Counted from the stretch's first letter, positions 9,426-20,553 are shown. The stretch is DNA of 64,000 nt from Pseudomonadota bacterium (GCA_038749595.1 JBCDHW010000013.1:2002-66001), one strand, 5' to 3'. Numbers and translations are program-made. The notes: generated by a model from the letters alone, not told the origin.

Positions 9426-10781
9426 CTACTGGCTCGGGATAAGGTGCAACCTAGTCTGGCGGCCATCCATATAACGCACTGAAGTGCCATCAAAAAATGC
9501 GTCTTCTTCTGCTTTGAAGACGACATCCTGGCCGCCCCACTCGGGCACGCTGGCGACGTTATTCAACTCGATTGCCCACGCTGTCATCGGACGCAGCGGA
9601 AGAAATCCACTCGGGTGCTCTGTGGACTGATCGTCCCACCAGCCGATGCCGCTGCCCGCACCATGGCCATGGTATCCGATGCCGTGGCTATAATATGTCG
9701 GACGCAGACCATCAGCACGCGCCGCATCGAGAGCGCAGCCAAGGACCGCATTGCTCGACACGCCCACTTCGAAACAAGACGTCAAGTGATCGGTCGCTCG
9801 GTTCATCGCCGCGATACCCGTTTTCAGACCCTGCGGTGCGTCGGTCTCGCCGGGCGTCAGAATATAGGCGTGCTGCTGCGTGTCGGTGTTCATTCCCAAA
9901 TAGGTCACGCCGAAATCCACATGCACCAGATCTCCCGGTCGGATGACCTGCTCTTCGCCTAACGTTGCTGGCCAATTGTCGGCAACTCCCAACTCCTGGC
10001 GTTGGACACTGACCGAGGGATGAAACCATGTCCCAAGCCCGAGGGCCGTCAAGCGATCGCGCATCCACCATTCGACGTCCTCGGTCGTTGTTTCTCCCGG
10101 CGTGATCACCTGCCGAGAGAAGGCCGTCTCGATGATGTCATGGGCAATACGGACAATGCCAGGGAACACGGCCATTTCCGAGGCTGATCGCGTTTGAAGC
10201 CAGTTGATTGCCAACCGCTCACCGCTGACAACCCGCCGCCGGTACCGGCGCGGCAATGCAGCCATAAACTCTTTGTGCTGCCGATAGGCCATACCATCGG
10301 CGAGACCGAAGAGCGACGATGTATTGATGGCGATCTTTGCGGGATCGTGCTCGGCAATGAGCTCTGCAAGGCGGGCCCATTGATCCGGTTGTGTCTCAGG
10401 ATCCCAAGCCGAAGGGAAGAGCGTTCCTACGGGATAGCGGGCGACAGCATAGCGTGCGACGCCGGTTTCCGTTCGTGCAAAGAGCAAGATGGTCCGCCTA
10501 CGGGCGTTAAGCCACGTCGCGGGCAGCATCGTCTTGACGACGGGATCCTCGTTGTACTCCCGCGCGATCAAGACCCAAAGATCGATTTCGGCCTCGTCCA
10601 TCAGCTGCGGCATCAGGTTATCGAGACGCTCCTCAAGCCAAGCATCGCGCACGGCTGCGCGTTCTTTCATCGGCAGGATCTCGGCTCGGTCCGCGCGCGC
10701 ACCGGTGGTTGCGGGCTGCGCCCCAGCGGTCCCGGCGGCGGAAAATAGCGCTACGCACAATAAAAGAGCTATACGGATCAT
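9426..10781 (-). CDS. M24 family (Xaa-Pro) metallopeptidase with signal peptide
   Basis: GDLVHVDFG, TDTQQ, HGIGYHGH, IEL, AEED metal ligands; RBS GAGAGGA before Met 10781. Confidence 0.88.
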   Translation of the reverse strand: MIRIALLLCVALFSAAGTAGAQPATTGARADRAEILPMKERAAVRDAWLEERLDNLMPQLMDEAEIDLWVLIAREYNEDPVVKTMLPATWLNARRRTILLFARTETGVARYAVARYPVGTLFPSAWDPETQPDQWARLAELIAEHDPAKIAINTSSLFGLADGMAYRQHKEFMAALPRRYRRRVVSGERLAINWLQTRSASEMAVFPGIVRIAHDIIETAFSRQVITPGETTTEDVEWWMRDRLTALGLGTWFHPSVSVQRQELGVADNWPATLGEEQVIRPGDLVHVDFGVTYLGMNTDTQQHAYILTPGETDAPQGLKTGIAAMNRATDHLTSCFEVGVSSNAVLGCALDAARADGLRPTYYSHGIGYHGHGAGSGIGWWDDQSTEHPSGFLPLRPMTAWAIELNNVASVPEWGGQDVVFKAEEDAFFDGTSVRYMDGRQTRLHLIPSQ

Positions 10782-10814
10782 TGGGGCGTCCTCTCGAGAC
10801 ATATCACGTGGCTT

Positions 10815-11267
10815 TCATGCCAGACTGAGCGGCGGGCGGCACCCGGTGGTGGTGAAGATTTCTGCTTCCAACAGCCAGCCGCCGCCCTCTTGGCGCCACT
10901 TTGCAGTGTAGTCGCCGCGCACATCGCTGCCGTCCGCGCGCTCGGGCTTGCCGATCCAGGTGCCGAGCTCGGTGGCCAACGGTTCGACGGGTGAAGGGAG
11001 AACGCAGTGCGGTGTGCGGCTGAAAACCAGCCGCTCGGCTGATTGAAATCCATCGCGCCAGATGGCGAGCTGGGCGTCGCGCCCGACGATGGCGCCGCTA
11101 TCGGAGCCGGTCACCAGAACGACATCCGAACTGAGCAGCCGTTTGATCGGCCCGGTCTTTTTCTCGCGGATGGCGTCGTTGAAGGCCGCGCGCCGCGCAA
11201 CGATCGGATGGTCGAGATTGGCCGGAAAGCCGCTTTTGATCGCTGAAGAAACGAGCGTGTCGATCAT
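10815..11267 (-). CDS. NTF2-like (DUF4440/YybH-like) protein
   Basis: FNDAI, LVTGSD....GRD, E.G.W.G, G.Y.AKWR...G.W.LEAEIF. Confidence 0.8.
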   Translation of the reverse strand: MIDTLVSSAIKSGFPANLDHPIVARRAAFNDAIREKKTGPIKRLLSSDVVLVTGSDSGAIVGRDAQLAIWRDGFQSAERLVFSRTPHCVLPSPVEPLATELGTWIGKPERADGSDVRGDYTAKWRQEGGGWLLEAEIFTTTGCRPPLSLA

Positions 11268-11431
11268 GGTCTACTCTCCAAAGCGGCTGGTCGGGCGCAG
11301 CTTAGGCGCGGCCTAGGCGCGCAATTTGAAGCCTCCCAGCGGCTGCCTCAACGCCAGACATCGGGAATTGGCAGGACAAAAGCGATCAAACGGCTTGAGC
11401 AGAGCGCCTAGCGTCCGCTACCAAAATCGGG

Positions 11432-12496
11432 ATGGAATTTCTGACCACCCGCGACTGGGCCAACCCTGTCCTCGGCGCGCTCACGACGCTGAGCCAAGCG
11501 ACGATTTTGCTGCTCAGCGTGCTGGTGAGCCTGGCGTTTTTGTTGCTGTTCGATCGCAAGGTCTGGGCGGCCGTGCAGATGCGCAAAGGGCCGAACGTGG
11601 TGGGCGCCTTTGGGTTGCTCCAGTCCTTCGCCGACTTCATCAAGTTCGCCCTCAAGGAAATCGTGATCCCAGACGGCGCGGATAAATCCGTCTTCTTGAT
11701 CGCGCCGATGCTGAGCTTTGTGCTCGCCGTCATTTCCTGGGCTGTTATTCCGGTGGGCCAAGGGCTGGTGGTCGCCGACATCAACGTCGGCATTCTGTAT
11801 CTGTTCGCGGTCAGCTCACTCGGCGTTTACGGCATTATCATGGGCGGCTGGGCGTCGAACTCGAAGTACCCGTTTCTCGGCGCGCTCCGCTCAGCAGCGC
11901 AGATGGTCAGTTATGAGGTCTCTCTCGGTTTCATCATCATCTCGGTGCTGCTGCTCGTTGGGTCGATGAACCTCAGCGATATCGTGATGAGCCAGGACCG
12001 GGGGCTTGGCCTTCTCAACTGGCACGTCCTGCCGTTGTTCCCGCTCTTCGTGATGTTCTTCATCTCGGCGCTTGCCGAGACCAACCGGCCGCCCTTTGAT
12101 TTGCCCGAAGCGGAGTCCGAGCTCGTGGCAGGCTACCAAGTGGAGTACAGCTCGACGCCGTATCTTCTGTTCATGATCGGCGAGTACATGAACATCGTCC
12201 TGATGTGCTCGATGACCGTCATATTGTTTCTAGGCGGATGGCTTTCGCCTTTTGGGGATTTCGCAGGCCTCAACACGCCTGCGCTGGGGCCGCTATGGTT
12301 CATCGTCAAAGTGGTCTTCATCTTCTTCCTGTTCGCGATGGTGAAAGCGATTGTGCCGCGCTACCGGTATGATCAGCTGATGCGGATCGGGTGGAAGATC
12401 TTCTTGCCGACGTCGGTCGCCTATCTGATGCTTGTCGCGCTCGCCCTCCTTTATATTCCGGGTGCGCAGGACCTCTTCAATGCGTGGAGAAGCTGA
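11432..12496 (+). CDS. nuoH: NADH-quinone oxidoreductase subunit H
   Basis: [65 protein letters not shown]. Confidence 0.98.
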   Translation: MEFLTTRDWANPVLGALTTLSQATILLLSVLVSLAFLLLFDRKVWAAVQMRKGPNVVGAFGLLQSFADFIKFALKEIVIPDGADKSVFLIAPMLSFVLAVISWAVIPVGQGLVVADINVGILYLFAVSSLGVYGIIMGGWASNSKYPFLGALRSAAQMVSYEVSLGFIIISVLLLVGSMNLSDIVMSQDRGLGLLNWHVLPLFPLFVMFFISALAETNRPPFDLPEAESELVAGYQVEYSSTPYLLFMIGEYMNIVLMCSMTVILFLGGWLSPFGDFAGLNTPALGPLWFIVKVVFIFFLFAMVKAIVPRYRYDQLMRIGWKIFLPTSVAYLMLVALALLYIPGAQDLFNAWRS

Positions 12497-12499
12497 GCC

Positions 12500-12988
12500 A
12501 TGTCGCGTGTTGCCCAAGCTCTCAAAGGTGCTCTGCTTACGGACTTTGCGTCAGCCTTTTGGCTGGGGCTGAAGTACTATTTTCGGCCAAAGCACACGGT
12601 GAACTATCCGTTCGAACGCGGAGCAATCTCCCCGCGCTACCGCGGAGAGCATGCCCTGCGGCGTTACCCGAACGGAGAAGAGCGCTGTATCGCGTGCAAG
12701 CTCTGCGAAGCGGTGTGCCCGGCGCAAGCCATCACGATTGAGGCCGAGCCGCGCGAAGACGGCAGCCGCCGCACCACCCGCTACGACATCGACATGACCA
12801 AGTGCATCTATTGCGGCTATTGCCAAGAGAGCTGCCCCGTCGATGCCATCGTAGAAGGTCCCAATCTCGAGTTCGCTGCGGAGACTCGGGAAGAGCTTTT
12901 CTATAACAAAGACAAGCTTTTGGCGAATGGCGACCGGTGGGAACGGGAAATCGCCCGCAACATCGAACTCGACGCGCCTTACCGGTAG
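12500..12988 (+). CDS. nuoI: NADH-quinone oxidoreductase subunit I
   Basis: [43 protein letters not shown] (two 4Fe-4S clusters). Confidence 0.98.
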   Translation: MSRVAQALKGALLTDFASAFWLGLKYYFRPKHTVNYPFERGAISPRYRGEHALRRYPNGEERCIACKLCEAVCPAQAITIEAEPREDGSRRTTRYDIDMTKCIYCGYCQESCPVDAIVEGPNLEFAAETREELFYNKDKLLANGDRWEREIARNIELDAPYR

Positions 12989-12993
12989 TCCGT

Positions 12994-13674
12994 CTACTTC
13001 ATATGTGAAGCGGCCCCTGGGAAAGCTAAAGATGCGACGTACGCGGCGGTCAGTGCGTCGACCTCGTACTCATTGGCCATACGATCGAGCGCGGCGCCCC
13101 GCCCGATATCGTTCAGCCGTTGGCGCTGGGCCCGCAGAAGCCGCCGGTCGAAATAATGGGGCAGCACCCCAGCACCCCTGGCCAGGGTAATCATCACGGC
13201 CAGCTCAAACGGAATATCGCGGTTGCCGAAGATCGTATCCGTCATCCGCTTCACCAGGGCTTCCTGGGGAACCGGATTGTCCACCGGAAAGATCGTCTCC
13301 CAAAAGATGAGGTACCTCTGGCGCGACTCCCGCCGCAGAATGCCCTTGTGCAGGAGGTTGTTCTTCAGCCCCGTTATCAGCGGACGCTGGTTCGCGACCG
13401 CCGAAACCAAGGCACCGGCGCGCTTCTCAAAACTCTTCGCGGTCATAATGTCGAGCACGTAGGCGAGCATCTCATCGCGCGGATGCTGCATGTAGGTCGG
13501 CTGGAACCACGTGGTCCGCCCCTCACCCACCGGTGTGATGTGGCCGCGATAGGTCAGCTCCGCGATCGCCGCACCGGCCGCCAGATAGCCAGGCATCACA
13601 GCGCCGTCCCATGTCGTGATCTCATCGAGCACGAGCAGCAGCACTTTCTCAGGAAGCGTGAGCCGGAGCGGCAA
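12994..13674 (-). CDS. GPP34/GOLPH3 (Vps74) family protein, copy 1
   Basis: LTLPEKVLLLVLD, LAAGAAIAEL...G.I, L..KGILRRE...L.FWET.FP; TTG start. Confidence 0.85.
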   Translation of the reverse strand: MPLRLTLPEKVLLLVLDEITTWDGAVMPGYLAAGAAIAELTYRGHITPVGEGRTTWFQPTYMQHPRDEMLAYVLDIMTAKSFEKRAGALVSAVANQRPLITGLKNNLLHKGILRRESRQRYLIFWETIFPVDNPVPQEALVKRMTDTIFGNRDIPFELAVMITLARGAGVLPHYFDRRLLRAQRQRLNDIGRGAALDRMANEYEVDALTAAYVASLAFPGAASHMK

Positions 13675-13816
13675 AGTGGACCCCCATCACCTTTCGGATG
13701 ACACTTCCTTGCAAGCCAAAAGCCAACGCCAATGCAACGCCTATTCTGATCGCGCGGACCAATTGTAATCTGACGGCACGGCGATGCACCTGCTGAACCG
13801 CGAAAATGAGCGCGGG

Positions 13817-14503
13817 TTAGCTGGCGGTGATGGCAACGGTTGGAACGATGGTAGCGACCATGATGGCCATCTGGACAGCTTCGATCGCTTGCAGCGTGGC
13901 GCCGGCCGCGAGATTTTCGCCGGACGTGATTTCTTTCAGGCGCTCCTTGCGGCTCTTCAGCAGCTCTTTGTCGAAGTTCCGCCGGAGGACGTTTCCGGTT
14001 TTCGCCAACGTGATCAGGACAGCGTCTTCAGGCGCGACAGGATCTGATCCGGCGATCACTGCCCGCAGACGCTCTTTCAACGCAGCTTCCGGCGCGGCGT
14101 TTGCTGTCGGATAAGTCGTCTGTGTAAAGAAGAAGAGGACTTTCTTCTCGTCGCGACTGAGAATGCCGCGATCGACGAGACCATTGCGCAGCAACGCCAT
14201 GATACCCTTGGTGTTGGCCACGCGGGAAACGAGCGCTTCCGGTTTCTTATCCAGCCCCTTTTCAACCAGCCTCTCAAGCACGGCCTGAAGATGCGCGTTG
14301 GTCGGCTGATCGGCACCGTAGACACGTTCAAACCGCGCCTTTTTCCCCTCGCCCGTCGTCTTCAGCTGACCGCCGAACGCGAGATCGGCGAGGGCAGCGC
14401 CCGCCGCGAGGTAAGAGGGCATCCCGGCGACGTTGCGACCAGAAATGTCGTCCAACATCAGCAACAGAATTTCTTCGGCTAAGGTCAGTGGTGCATCGAT
14501 CAT
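13817..14503 (-). CDS. GPP34/GOLPH3 (Vps74) family protein, copy 2
   Basis: LTLAEEILLLMLDD.SG, LAAGAALADL...G.L, LVDRGIL..DEKKVLFFF..T.YP; GGGAGG RBS before Met 14503. Confidence 0.9.
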   Translation of the reverse strand: MIDAPLTLAEEILLLMLDDISGRNVAGMPSYLAAGAALADLAFGGQLKTTGEGKKARFERVYGADQPTNAHLQAVLERLVEKGLDKKPEALVSRVANTKGIMALLRNGLVDRGILSRDEKKVLFFFTQTTYPTANAAPEAALKERLRAVIAGSDPVAPEDAVLITLAKTGNVLRRNFDKELLKSRKERLKEITSGENLAAGATLQAIEAVQMAIMVATIVPTVAITAS

Positions 14504-14673
14504 TGTACGCCTCCCGTCTATGCATATGGAGAGGCGGTAGGGTTGGCAAAAGACCCGGCCCTCTTTCACCGCCCATTCCGTGTGGAGCGTGTCTTGCGTA
14601 GGGGGATAACTCCCGCTAGTTGTTTTTATCGATTTTCAACAAACCTAAGCATGCACTTTGGGAGCACACAACC

Positions 14674-17412
14674 TTGAAACGTCTCATGAACTTCACAGCT
14701 TGCGCGGTTCTCCTGGCGGCGAACCTAACGGCCTGTGTCGGCAGTGCCCTCGCCCAAGACATCGCGATCCCGTTCGAAAAATTTGAGACCGACAACGGTC
14801 TGACCGTCATCGTCCACGAAGACCGGAAGGCGCCTGTGGTCGCCGTCAGCGTCTGGTACAAAGTGGGCTCAAAGGACGAGCCGGAAGGAAAGTCCGGGTT
14901 CGCGCATCTGTTCGAACACCTCATGTTCAACGGCTCCGAAAACTATGACGACGAATGGTTCAAGCCGCTGCAGGAAATCGGTGCGACGGATCTGAACGGC
15001 ACGACCAGCTTCGACCGCACCAACTATTTCCAGACGGTGCCCACCCCTGCCTTGGATCGCATTCTGTGGATGGAATCGGACCGGATGGGCCACTTCATCG
15101 GCGCGATCACCCAGGACAAGCTCGATGAGCAACGGGGCGTGGTCAAAAATGAAAAGCGCCAGGGCGAAAACGCCCCATACGGACGCGTATTCGGCTCGAT
15201 CATCGAAGGTCTTTTTCCGCCCAACCACCCGTATGGACATACCGTGATCGGATCAATGGAGGACATCAATGCGGCGACGCTTGAGGATGTGAAGGGGTGG
15301 TTCGAAGAATATTACGGCCCGAACAACGCGATCCTCGTGCTCGCGGGCGATATCAATGCTGAGGAAGCAAAACCTCTTGTCGAAAAGTACTTCGGCGACA
15401 TCGAGGCCGGGCCGCCGCTGACCAAATGGGAAGCATGGATTCCTAACCGTACACAGATCAATCGTGAAACCATGTATGACCAAGTCCCGCAGGCGCGGAT
15501 CTACCGCGTGTGGGTCGCGCCTGAGGACACAAGCCCCGTTTCCACGGACCTTGCCATCGCTGCATCTATCTTAGGCAGCGGTAAAAACTCACGTCTTTAC
15601 AAGTCGATGGTATACGATCAGCAGATTGCCACCGATGTGAGTGTGTTCAATCTCGAACAGCAAATGGCCTCCGTTTTCGGCGTTGTTGTCTCGGTGAAAG
15701 ATGGCGAAGACATCGCTGAAGTCGAGGCTGAACTCGACCGTCAGATAGCGGACTTTCTTGCTAAAGCCCCAAAACGCAGCGAAGTCGATTTGGTATCTAC
15801 AAAGACGAAAGCATCAATCGTCCGTGGTCTTGAGCAAGTCGGCGGTTTCGGCGGCAAGGCGGTGACCCTCGCGCAAGGGGAACTCGTCGCCGGCGATCCG
15901 GGCTATTACCAGCGTGAACTTGATCAGCTCGAAAACGCCGATCCGAATTCTGTCCAGGCCGCTGCACGGGCGTGGCTGAAGGACAATTACTATCAGCTTA
16001 CAGTTCTTCCGTCTAAGGACTTTACATCGGCGCAGGCGGGTGTGGATCGGAGTACCGGTCTTCCAGATGTGGTGGGTGAGACAACGCTCGACTTCCCCGA
16101 TGTTCAGACCACGACGCTTTCGAATGGCATCGAGATCGTGCTGGCTGAGCGGAACACCGTCCCCGTGGTCAATGTGGCGCTCCAGTTCGACGCCGGCTAC
16201 GCCGCAGACGCTGGCGGCAATCTCGGTCTCGCAAGTTTCACCACGTCCATGCTCGATGAAGGCGCCGGCCGGCGCGATGCGTTAGAACTCTCTGCGGAGC
16301 TTGAAAAGTTGGGCACGACGCTTGGCGCAGGGTCCAACCTCGACACGACCTCTGTTCAGATGTCGTCCCTAACGGAAAATCTTTCGAATTCTCTCGACCT
16401 TATGGCCGACGTCGTTCTACGCCCATCGTTCCCCGTTGAGGAGATCGAGCGCCAACGCACACAAATCTTGACGGGCATCGCGCAGGAAAAAGCTAACCCT
16501 ACAGCCATTGCCCTCCGTATGCTTCCTGCTTTGATGTACGGTGAAGGCCACGCTTACGGTATCCCGCTCACCGGGTCGGGCACCATCGAAAGTGTGTCGG
16601 CAATCACGCGCGATGACCTCGTCGGCTGGCAACGAAATTGGATGCGTCCGGACAATGTGACGATTTACGTCGTTGGCGATACAGACATGGAAACGATTAA
16701 GCCGATGCTCGAGCGGGCATTTGGTCGGTGGTCTGCAGACGGAGCAAAACCGGAGAAGAATATTGCGACTGTCGATTACGCGGAGCCGCAGGTCGTCCTA
16801 GTCGATCGTCCGGGCTCGGCCCAATCGTTCATCCTGACCGGCCATGTCGCGCCGCCGATGGGTGTGGAGAACAACATCGAAATTTCTGCAATGAATGAGA
16901 TCCTTGGCGGCGGGTTTATCAGTCGGATCAACCTGAACCTCCGGGAGGACAAAGGGTGGTCCTACGGCGTGCAGTCCTTGCTTGTCAGCGCCGAAGGCCA
17001 ACGCCCCTTCATTATTCTCGCCCCGGTCCAGACCGACAAGACCGCTGAGTCCATTGCAGAAATCAAAAAGGAGCTGACTGATTATCTCGGTGACAATCCT
17101 CCGACTGCGGATGAGCTCGCGAAGGTGGTTCTCGACAATGTCCGCTCACTGCCTGGCCGGTATGAAACATCGGGCTCGGTTTTGGGCAGCCTGTTATCGT
17201 CCGGCAGGTTCGGGCGCGCGTATAACTACCCAGAAACGCTGCCCGAACGGTATCGTGCTCTGACGACCGATCAGCTGGAAGCGGCAGCCGAGCAGGTCCT
17301 CCGCCCGGACGACATGGTTTGGGTGATCATCGGCGACGCCGAAAAAATCCGCGGCGATGTCGAGGCTGCGGGAATTGGTCCGGTCACGGTCTTAGGACTC
17401 GACGAGCTTTGA
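14674..17412 (+). CDS. M16 (pitrilysin) family zinc protease, secreted, fused two-module form
   Basis: inverted zinc motif HLFEH, LNGTT..DRTNY, second M16 half ending LREDKGWSYG; signal peptide; start 14674 (TTG) or 14686. Confidence 0.95.
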   Translation: MKRLMNFTACAVLLAANLTACVGSALAQDIAIPFEKFETDNGLTVIVHEDRKAPVVAVSVWYKVGSKDEPEGKSGFAHLFEHLMFNGSENYDDEWFKPLQEIGATDLNGTTSFDRTNYFQTVPTPALDRILWMESDRMGHFIGAITQDKLDEQRGVVKNEKRQGENAPYGRVFGSIIEGLFPPNHPYGHTVIGSMEDINAATLEDVKGWFEEYYGPNNAILVLAGDINAEEAKPLVEKYFGDIEAGPPLTKWEAWIPNRTQINRETMYDQVPQARIYRVWVAPEDTSPVSTDLAIAASILGSGKNSRLYKSMVYDQQIATDVSVFNLEQQMASVFGVVVSVKDGEDIAEVEAELDRQIADFLAKAPKRSEVDLVSTKTKASIVRGLEQVGGFGGKAVTLAQGELVAGDPGYYQRELDQLENADPNSVQAAARAWLKDNYYQLTVLPSKDFTSAQAGVDRSTGLPDVVGETTLDFPDVQTTTLSNGIEIVLAERNTVPVVNVALQFDAGYAADAGGNLGLASFTTSMLDEGAGRRDALELSAELEKLGTTLGAGSNLDTTSVQMSSLTENLSNSLDLMADVVLRPSFPVEEIERQRTQILTGIAQEKANPTAIALRMLPALMYGEGHAYGIPLTGSGTIESVSAITRDDLVGWQRNWMRPDNVTIYVVGDTDMETIKPMLERAFGRWSADGAKPEKNIATVDYAEPQVVLVDRPGSAQSFILTGHVAPPMGVENNIEISAMNEILGGGFISRINLNLREDKGWSYGVQSLLVSAEGQRPFIILAPVQTDKTAESIAEIKKELTDYLGDNPPTADELAKVVLDNVRSLPGRYETSGSVLGSLLSSGRFGRAYNYPETLPERYRALTTDQLEAAAEQVLRPDDMVWVIIGDAEKIRGDVEAAGIGPVTVLGLDEL

Positions 17413-17461
17413 TCCGTAGGCTGTTGATCGACGAAGCCCAGCTGACCCCAATGCAGAAGCG

Positions 17462-17494
17462 AAGAGCCCGCGGCTCCACCCGCGGGCTTTTTTT
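17462..17494 (+). terminator. rho-independent terminator between the M16 peptidase gene and uvrB
   Basis: AGCCCGCGG/CCGCGGGCT stem followed by T7. Confidence 0.85.
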
Positions 17495-19658
17495 ACGCCG
17501 TCTCGAGATCCAAATCCTGAAGCTTTTTGATCTCGTCGCGAAGCTCTGCAGCTTTTTCGAAATCAAGATCCGCCGCAGCTTCGCGCATCTGTTTTTCAAG
17601 CGCTTTGATATGGGCCTGGAGGTTCGGGCCGGGCTCGAACTTAGCCGGCGCTTCGGCCAATCCCGAAGCGCCGCCCGTCAAACGGGCTGAGCTAAACGTC
17701 GTCCCGGCGGCAGCTTTGGTCGCTTCGTCGTCGCTGTCGACGATCTCGGCGATTTTCGCCTTGACGGTTTTTGGCGTAATGCCGTGAGCCTCGTTGTGCT
17801 CAAGCTGTTTCGTGCGACGCCGCTCGGTTTCCGCAAGGGCGCGCTCCATCGATCCCGTCATACGATCCGCATAAAGAATAACGCGGCCGTCGACATTTCG
17901 GGCAGCGCGTCCGATCGTTTGGACGAGTGACGTCTCCGACCGCAAGAACCCCTCCTTGTCTGCGTCAAGGATCGCAACGAACTTGCACTCGGGGATATCA
18001 AGCCCTTCGCGCAGAAGGTTGATTCCGATCAACACATCAAAAACACCGAGGCGCAGATCGCGTATAATCTCTATACGTTCAACCGTATCCACGTCCGAGT
18101 GCATGTACCGCACACGAACACCCTGCTCATGCATATATTCCGTGAGGTCTTCTGCCATCTTTTTCGTCAGTGTCGTGACGAGCGAGCGGCCACCTTGCTT
18201 CGCGACCATTTTGACTTCGTCAATGACGTCGTCGACTTGGCTGAAATTATCCTTCGATACGGGGCGAATTTCTACGGGTGGATCCACGAGGCCGGTCGGA
18301 CGGATCACCTGCTCGACGAAAATACCTGACGTACGCTCAAGCTCCCAACCGCCGGGCGTGGCCGAGACATGCACCGTTTGTGGCCGCATCGCATCCCACT
18401 CTTCGAACTTCAGCGGGCGGTTATCCATACAACTCGGCAGTCGGAACCCATATTCCGCAAGCGTCCTTTTGCGCGCGTAGTCGCCTTTGAACATCGCGCC
18501 AATCTGGGGAACCGTCACGTGACTTTCGTCGGCGAACAGGAGAGCATTCTCTGGCAGATATTCAAACAACGTAGGCGGAGGTTCGCCGGGGTTTCTTCCG
18601 GTCAGGTAGCGCGAGTAGTTTTCGATCCCTTGGCACGCGCCGGTCGCAGCCATCATTTCAAGATCAAACTGGACTCTTTGTTCGAGGCGTTGGGCTTCCA
18701 GCAACTTTCCTTCTTTCTGAAGGATCGGCAGTGTACGTGCCAACTCAGCTTTAATTTGATCCATGGCACGGGACAGCGTTGGACGCGGGGTTACATAGTG
18801 ACTGTTTGCGTACAGACGGACTTTCTCAAGCGATTGAACTTTTTTGCCGGTGAGAGGGTCAAACTCGACGATCTCTTCGATTTCATCACCGAACAAAGTG
18901 ACACGCCAAGCGGCGTCTTCGTAGTGGGCTGGGAAAATCTCGATCGTATCGCCACGTGCACGGAAGGTTCCGCGCTGGAACGCTTGATCGTTCCGCTTAT
19001 ATTGGAGAGCGACGAGGTCCGCGAGCAATTGCTTTCGTTCGATCTGCTCGCCGACGGCGAGGTCAAACACCATTGCCGTATACGTCTCAACAGATCCGAT
19101 ACCATAAAGACAGGAAACCGACGCCACGATGATAACGTCATCGCGCTCCAAAAGCGCCCGCGTCGCAGAATGCCGCATACGGTCGATCTGCTCGTTAATC
19201 GTCGACTCTTTCTCGATATAAGTATCCGTACGCGGAACGTAGGCTTCCGGCTGGTAGTAGTCGTAATAGCTGACAAAATACTCGACGGCATTGTTGGGGA
19301 AGAACGCCTTGAACTCACCGTAGAGCTGCGCTGCGAGGGTTTTGTTGTGCGCCAAAATGAGGGCGGGCCGTTGAGTCGCCTCGATCACCTTCGCCATGGT
19401 GAAAGTTTTGCCCGAGCCCGTGACACCGAGCAGAACCTGGTCGCGGTCATGCACCTTAATCCCGCTGACCAACTCTTCGATAGCGGCAGGCTGGTCGCCG
19501 GCTGGCTGGTAGTCGGAGACGACTTCAAATCGGCGTCCGCCCTCGGATTTTTCCGGGCGCTCTGGGCGATGGGGGACCCAGGCTGATGGCTTCAGGCGAC
19601 CGTGATAGGTGGCGATGGCTTCGGAGAAGCCTTGGTCGGTTGGCAGAATGTCATCCAT
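17493..19658 (-). CDS. uvrB: excinuclease ABC subunit B
   Basis: [45 protein letters not shown]-terminal UVR domain. Confidence 0.99.
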   Translation of the reverse strand: MDDILPTDQGFSEAIATYHGRLKPSAWVPHRPERPEKSEGGRRFEVVSDYQPAGDQPAAIEELVSGIKVHDRDQVLLGVTGSGKTFTMAKVIEATQRPALILAHNKTLAAQLYGEFKAFFPNNAVEYFVSYYDYYQPEAYVPRTDTYIEKESTINEQIDRMRHSATRALLERDDVIIVASVSCLYGIGSVETYTAMVFDLAVGEQIERKQLLADLVALQYKRNDQAFQRGTFRARGDTIEIFPAHYEDAAWRVTLFGDEIEEIVEFDPLTGKKVQSLEKVRLYANSHYVTPRPTLSRAMDQIKAELARTLPILQKEGKLLEAQRLEQRVQFDLEMMAATGACQGIENYSRYLTGRNPGEPPPTLFEYLPENALLFADESHVTVPQIGAMFKGDYARKRTLAEYGFRLPSCMDNRPLKFEEWDAMRPQTVHVSATPGGWELERTSGIFVEQVIRPTGLVDPPVEIRPVSKDNFSQVDDVIDEVKMVAKQGGRSLVTTLTKKMAEDLTEYMHEQGVRVRYMHSDVDTVERIEIIRDLRLGVFDVLIGINLLREGLDIPECKFVAILDADKEGFLRSETSLVQTIGRAARNVDGRVILYADRMTGSMERALAETERRRTKQLEHNEAHGITPKTVKAKIAEIVDSDDEATKAAAGTTFSSARLTGGASGLAEAPAKFEPGPNLQAHIKALEKQMREAAADLDFEKAAELRDEIKKLQDLDLETA

Positions 19659-19771
19659 CGGTTGGATGTAGCGACCGACGTCGCACAACGGTAGGGGCGC
19701 GTGGGCGCAGCTGGGCGACGACAGAAAACGAACCCGGTTCGTCGGACGAATTGGAAACGCGTTTGGCGCTT

Positions 19772-20020
19772 CTACGAGAAACGCTGCTTTCTTCGGGCGA
19801 GAAGGCGATCGACCTCGTTTTTTAAGGCGCGGTCGGCGTAGATAAGCTCCCTCATCGAACTCAGATCAAAGGTGTTGCGGAGATACCGCGCAGCCCGCTC
19901 CAGGGGCAAGGATCGTTCTGCGAGGAATTTTTCAACCTCACGCCGCCGCACACCACGCAGCTCGCCGTCAATGTAGGCGTGAATGTCCTGCTCAGTGATT
20001 AGGTGAAATTCGGAGCGCAT
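19772..20020 (-). CDS. short anti-sigma-factor-like protein (PrtR/RsiW-type N-terminal domain only, no TM)
   Basis: [14 protein letters not shown]...RREVE.FL motif; overlaps the 3' end of the ECF gene by 22 nt. Confidence 0.7.
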   Translation of the reverse strand: MRSEFHLITEQDIHAYIDGELRGVRRREVEKFLAERSLPLERAARYLRNTFDLSSMRELIYADRALKNEVDRLLARRKQRFS

Positions 20021-20553
20021 ACCCCAACGGACACCGGCGCGGCGCGATTCGTTCCGTCAAGAGGCTTCGAATCAAGCATGTCGCGGAGGCGTGACCGGGC
20101 GCGGCTGAGCCGCGAACGCACCGTACCCACCGGAACATCGAGCAATTCTGCGGCCTCTTCATACTTGAGGCCCTCAATGGCGATGAGTGAAAGCACCACT
20201 TTATCGTTGAGCGGAAGCTCCCGAAAACTCTGGACGACATCGTGGTAATGCATGGTCTCCTCCTGGCTGGGGTCGATGGAAAGGGTTGAGGCGGGGGCGT
20301 CTTCAAGCTCGACCGACTGGCCGCGGGAGCGCTCCTTGCGCAGCTGATTGAGAAAAACCCGGCGGCAGACGGTGAACATCCAAGACCGCAGATTTTGACC
20401 GTCGAACAGATGCTGTTTTCGAATGCACCGCTCAACGCAGTCTTGGACCAAGTCCGAGGCACGATCCGGGCTACGGGTCAGGGTCAACGCAAACCGGTTC
20501 AGCGCAGGTAGGCAGTGATTGAGTTCAGTAACAGTAAAAGTATGAGCGTCCAT
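19999..20553 (-). CDS. ECF sigma-70 factor
   Basis: LP.L.RFA..LTR....A.DLVQD, LRSWMFTV, EGLKYEEAAELL.VPVGTVRSRLSRAR; RBS GAGG. Confidence 0.93.
   Translation of the reverse strand: MDAHTFTVTELNHCLPALNRFALTLTRSPDRASDLVQDCVERCIRKQHLFDGQNLRSWMFTVCRRVFLNQLRKERSRGQSVELEDAPASTLSIDPSQEETMHYHDVVQSFRELPLNDKVVLSLIAIEGLKYEEAAELLDVPVGTVRSRLSRARSRLRDMLDSKPLDGTNRAAPVSVGVCAPNFT

Noticed and set aside
18369-19586. 405-aa plus-strand ORF
   Set aside because: Antisense shadow of uvrB, typical of high-GC codon bias
19660-19771. LexA/SOS box upstream of uvrB
   Set aside because: No GTTC-N7-GTTC or GAAC-N7-GAAC direct repeat found; GAAC-CCG-GTTC is an inverted repeat of the wrong geometry
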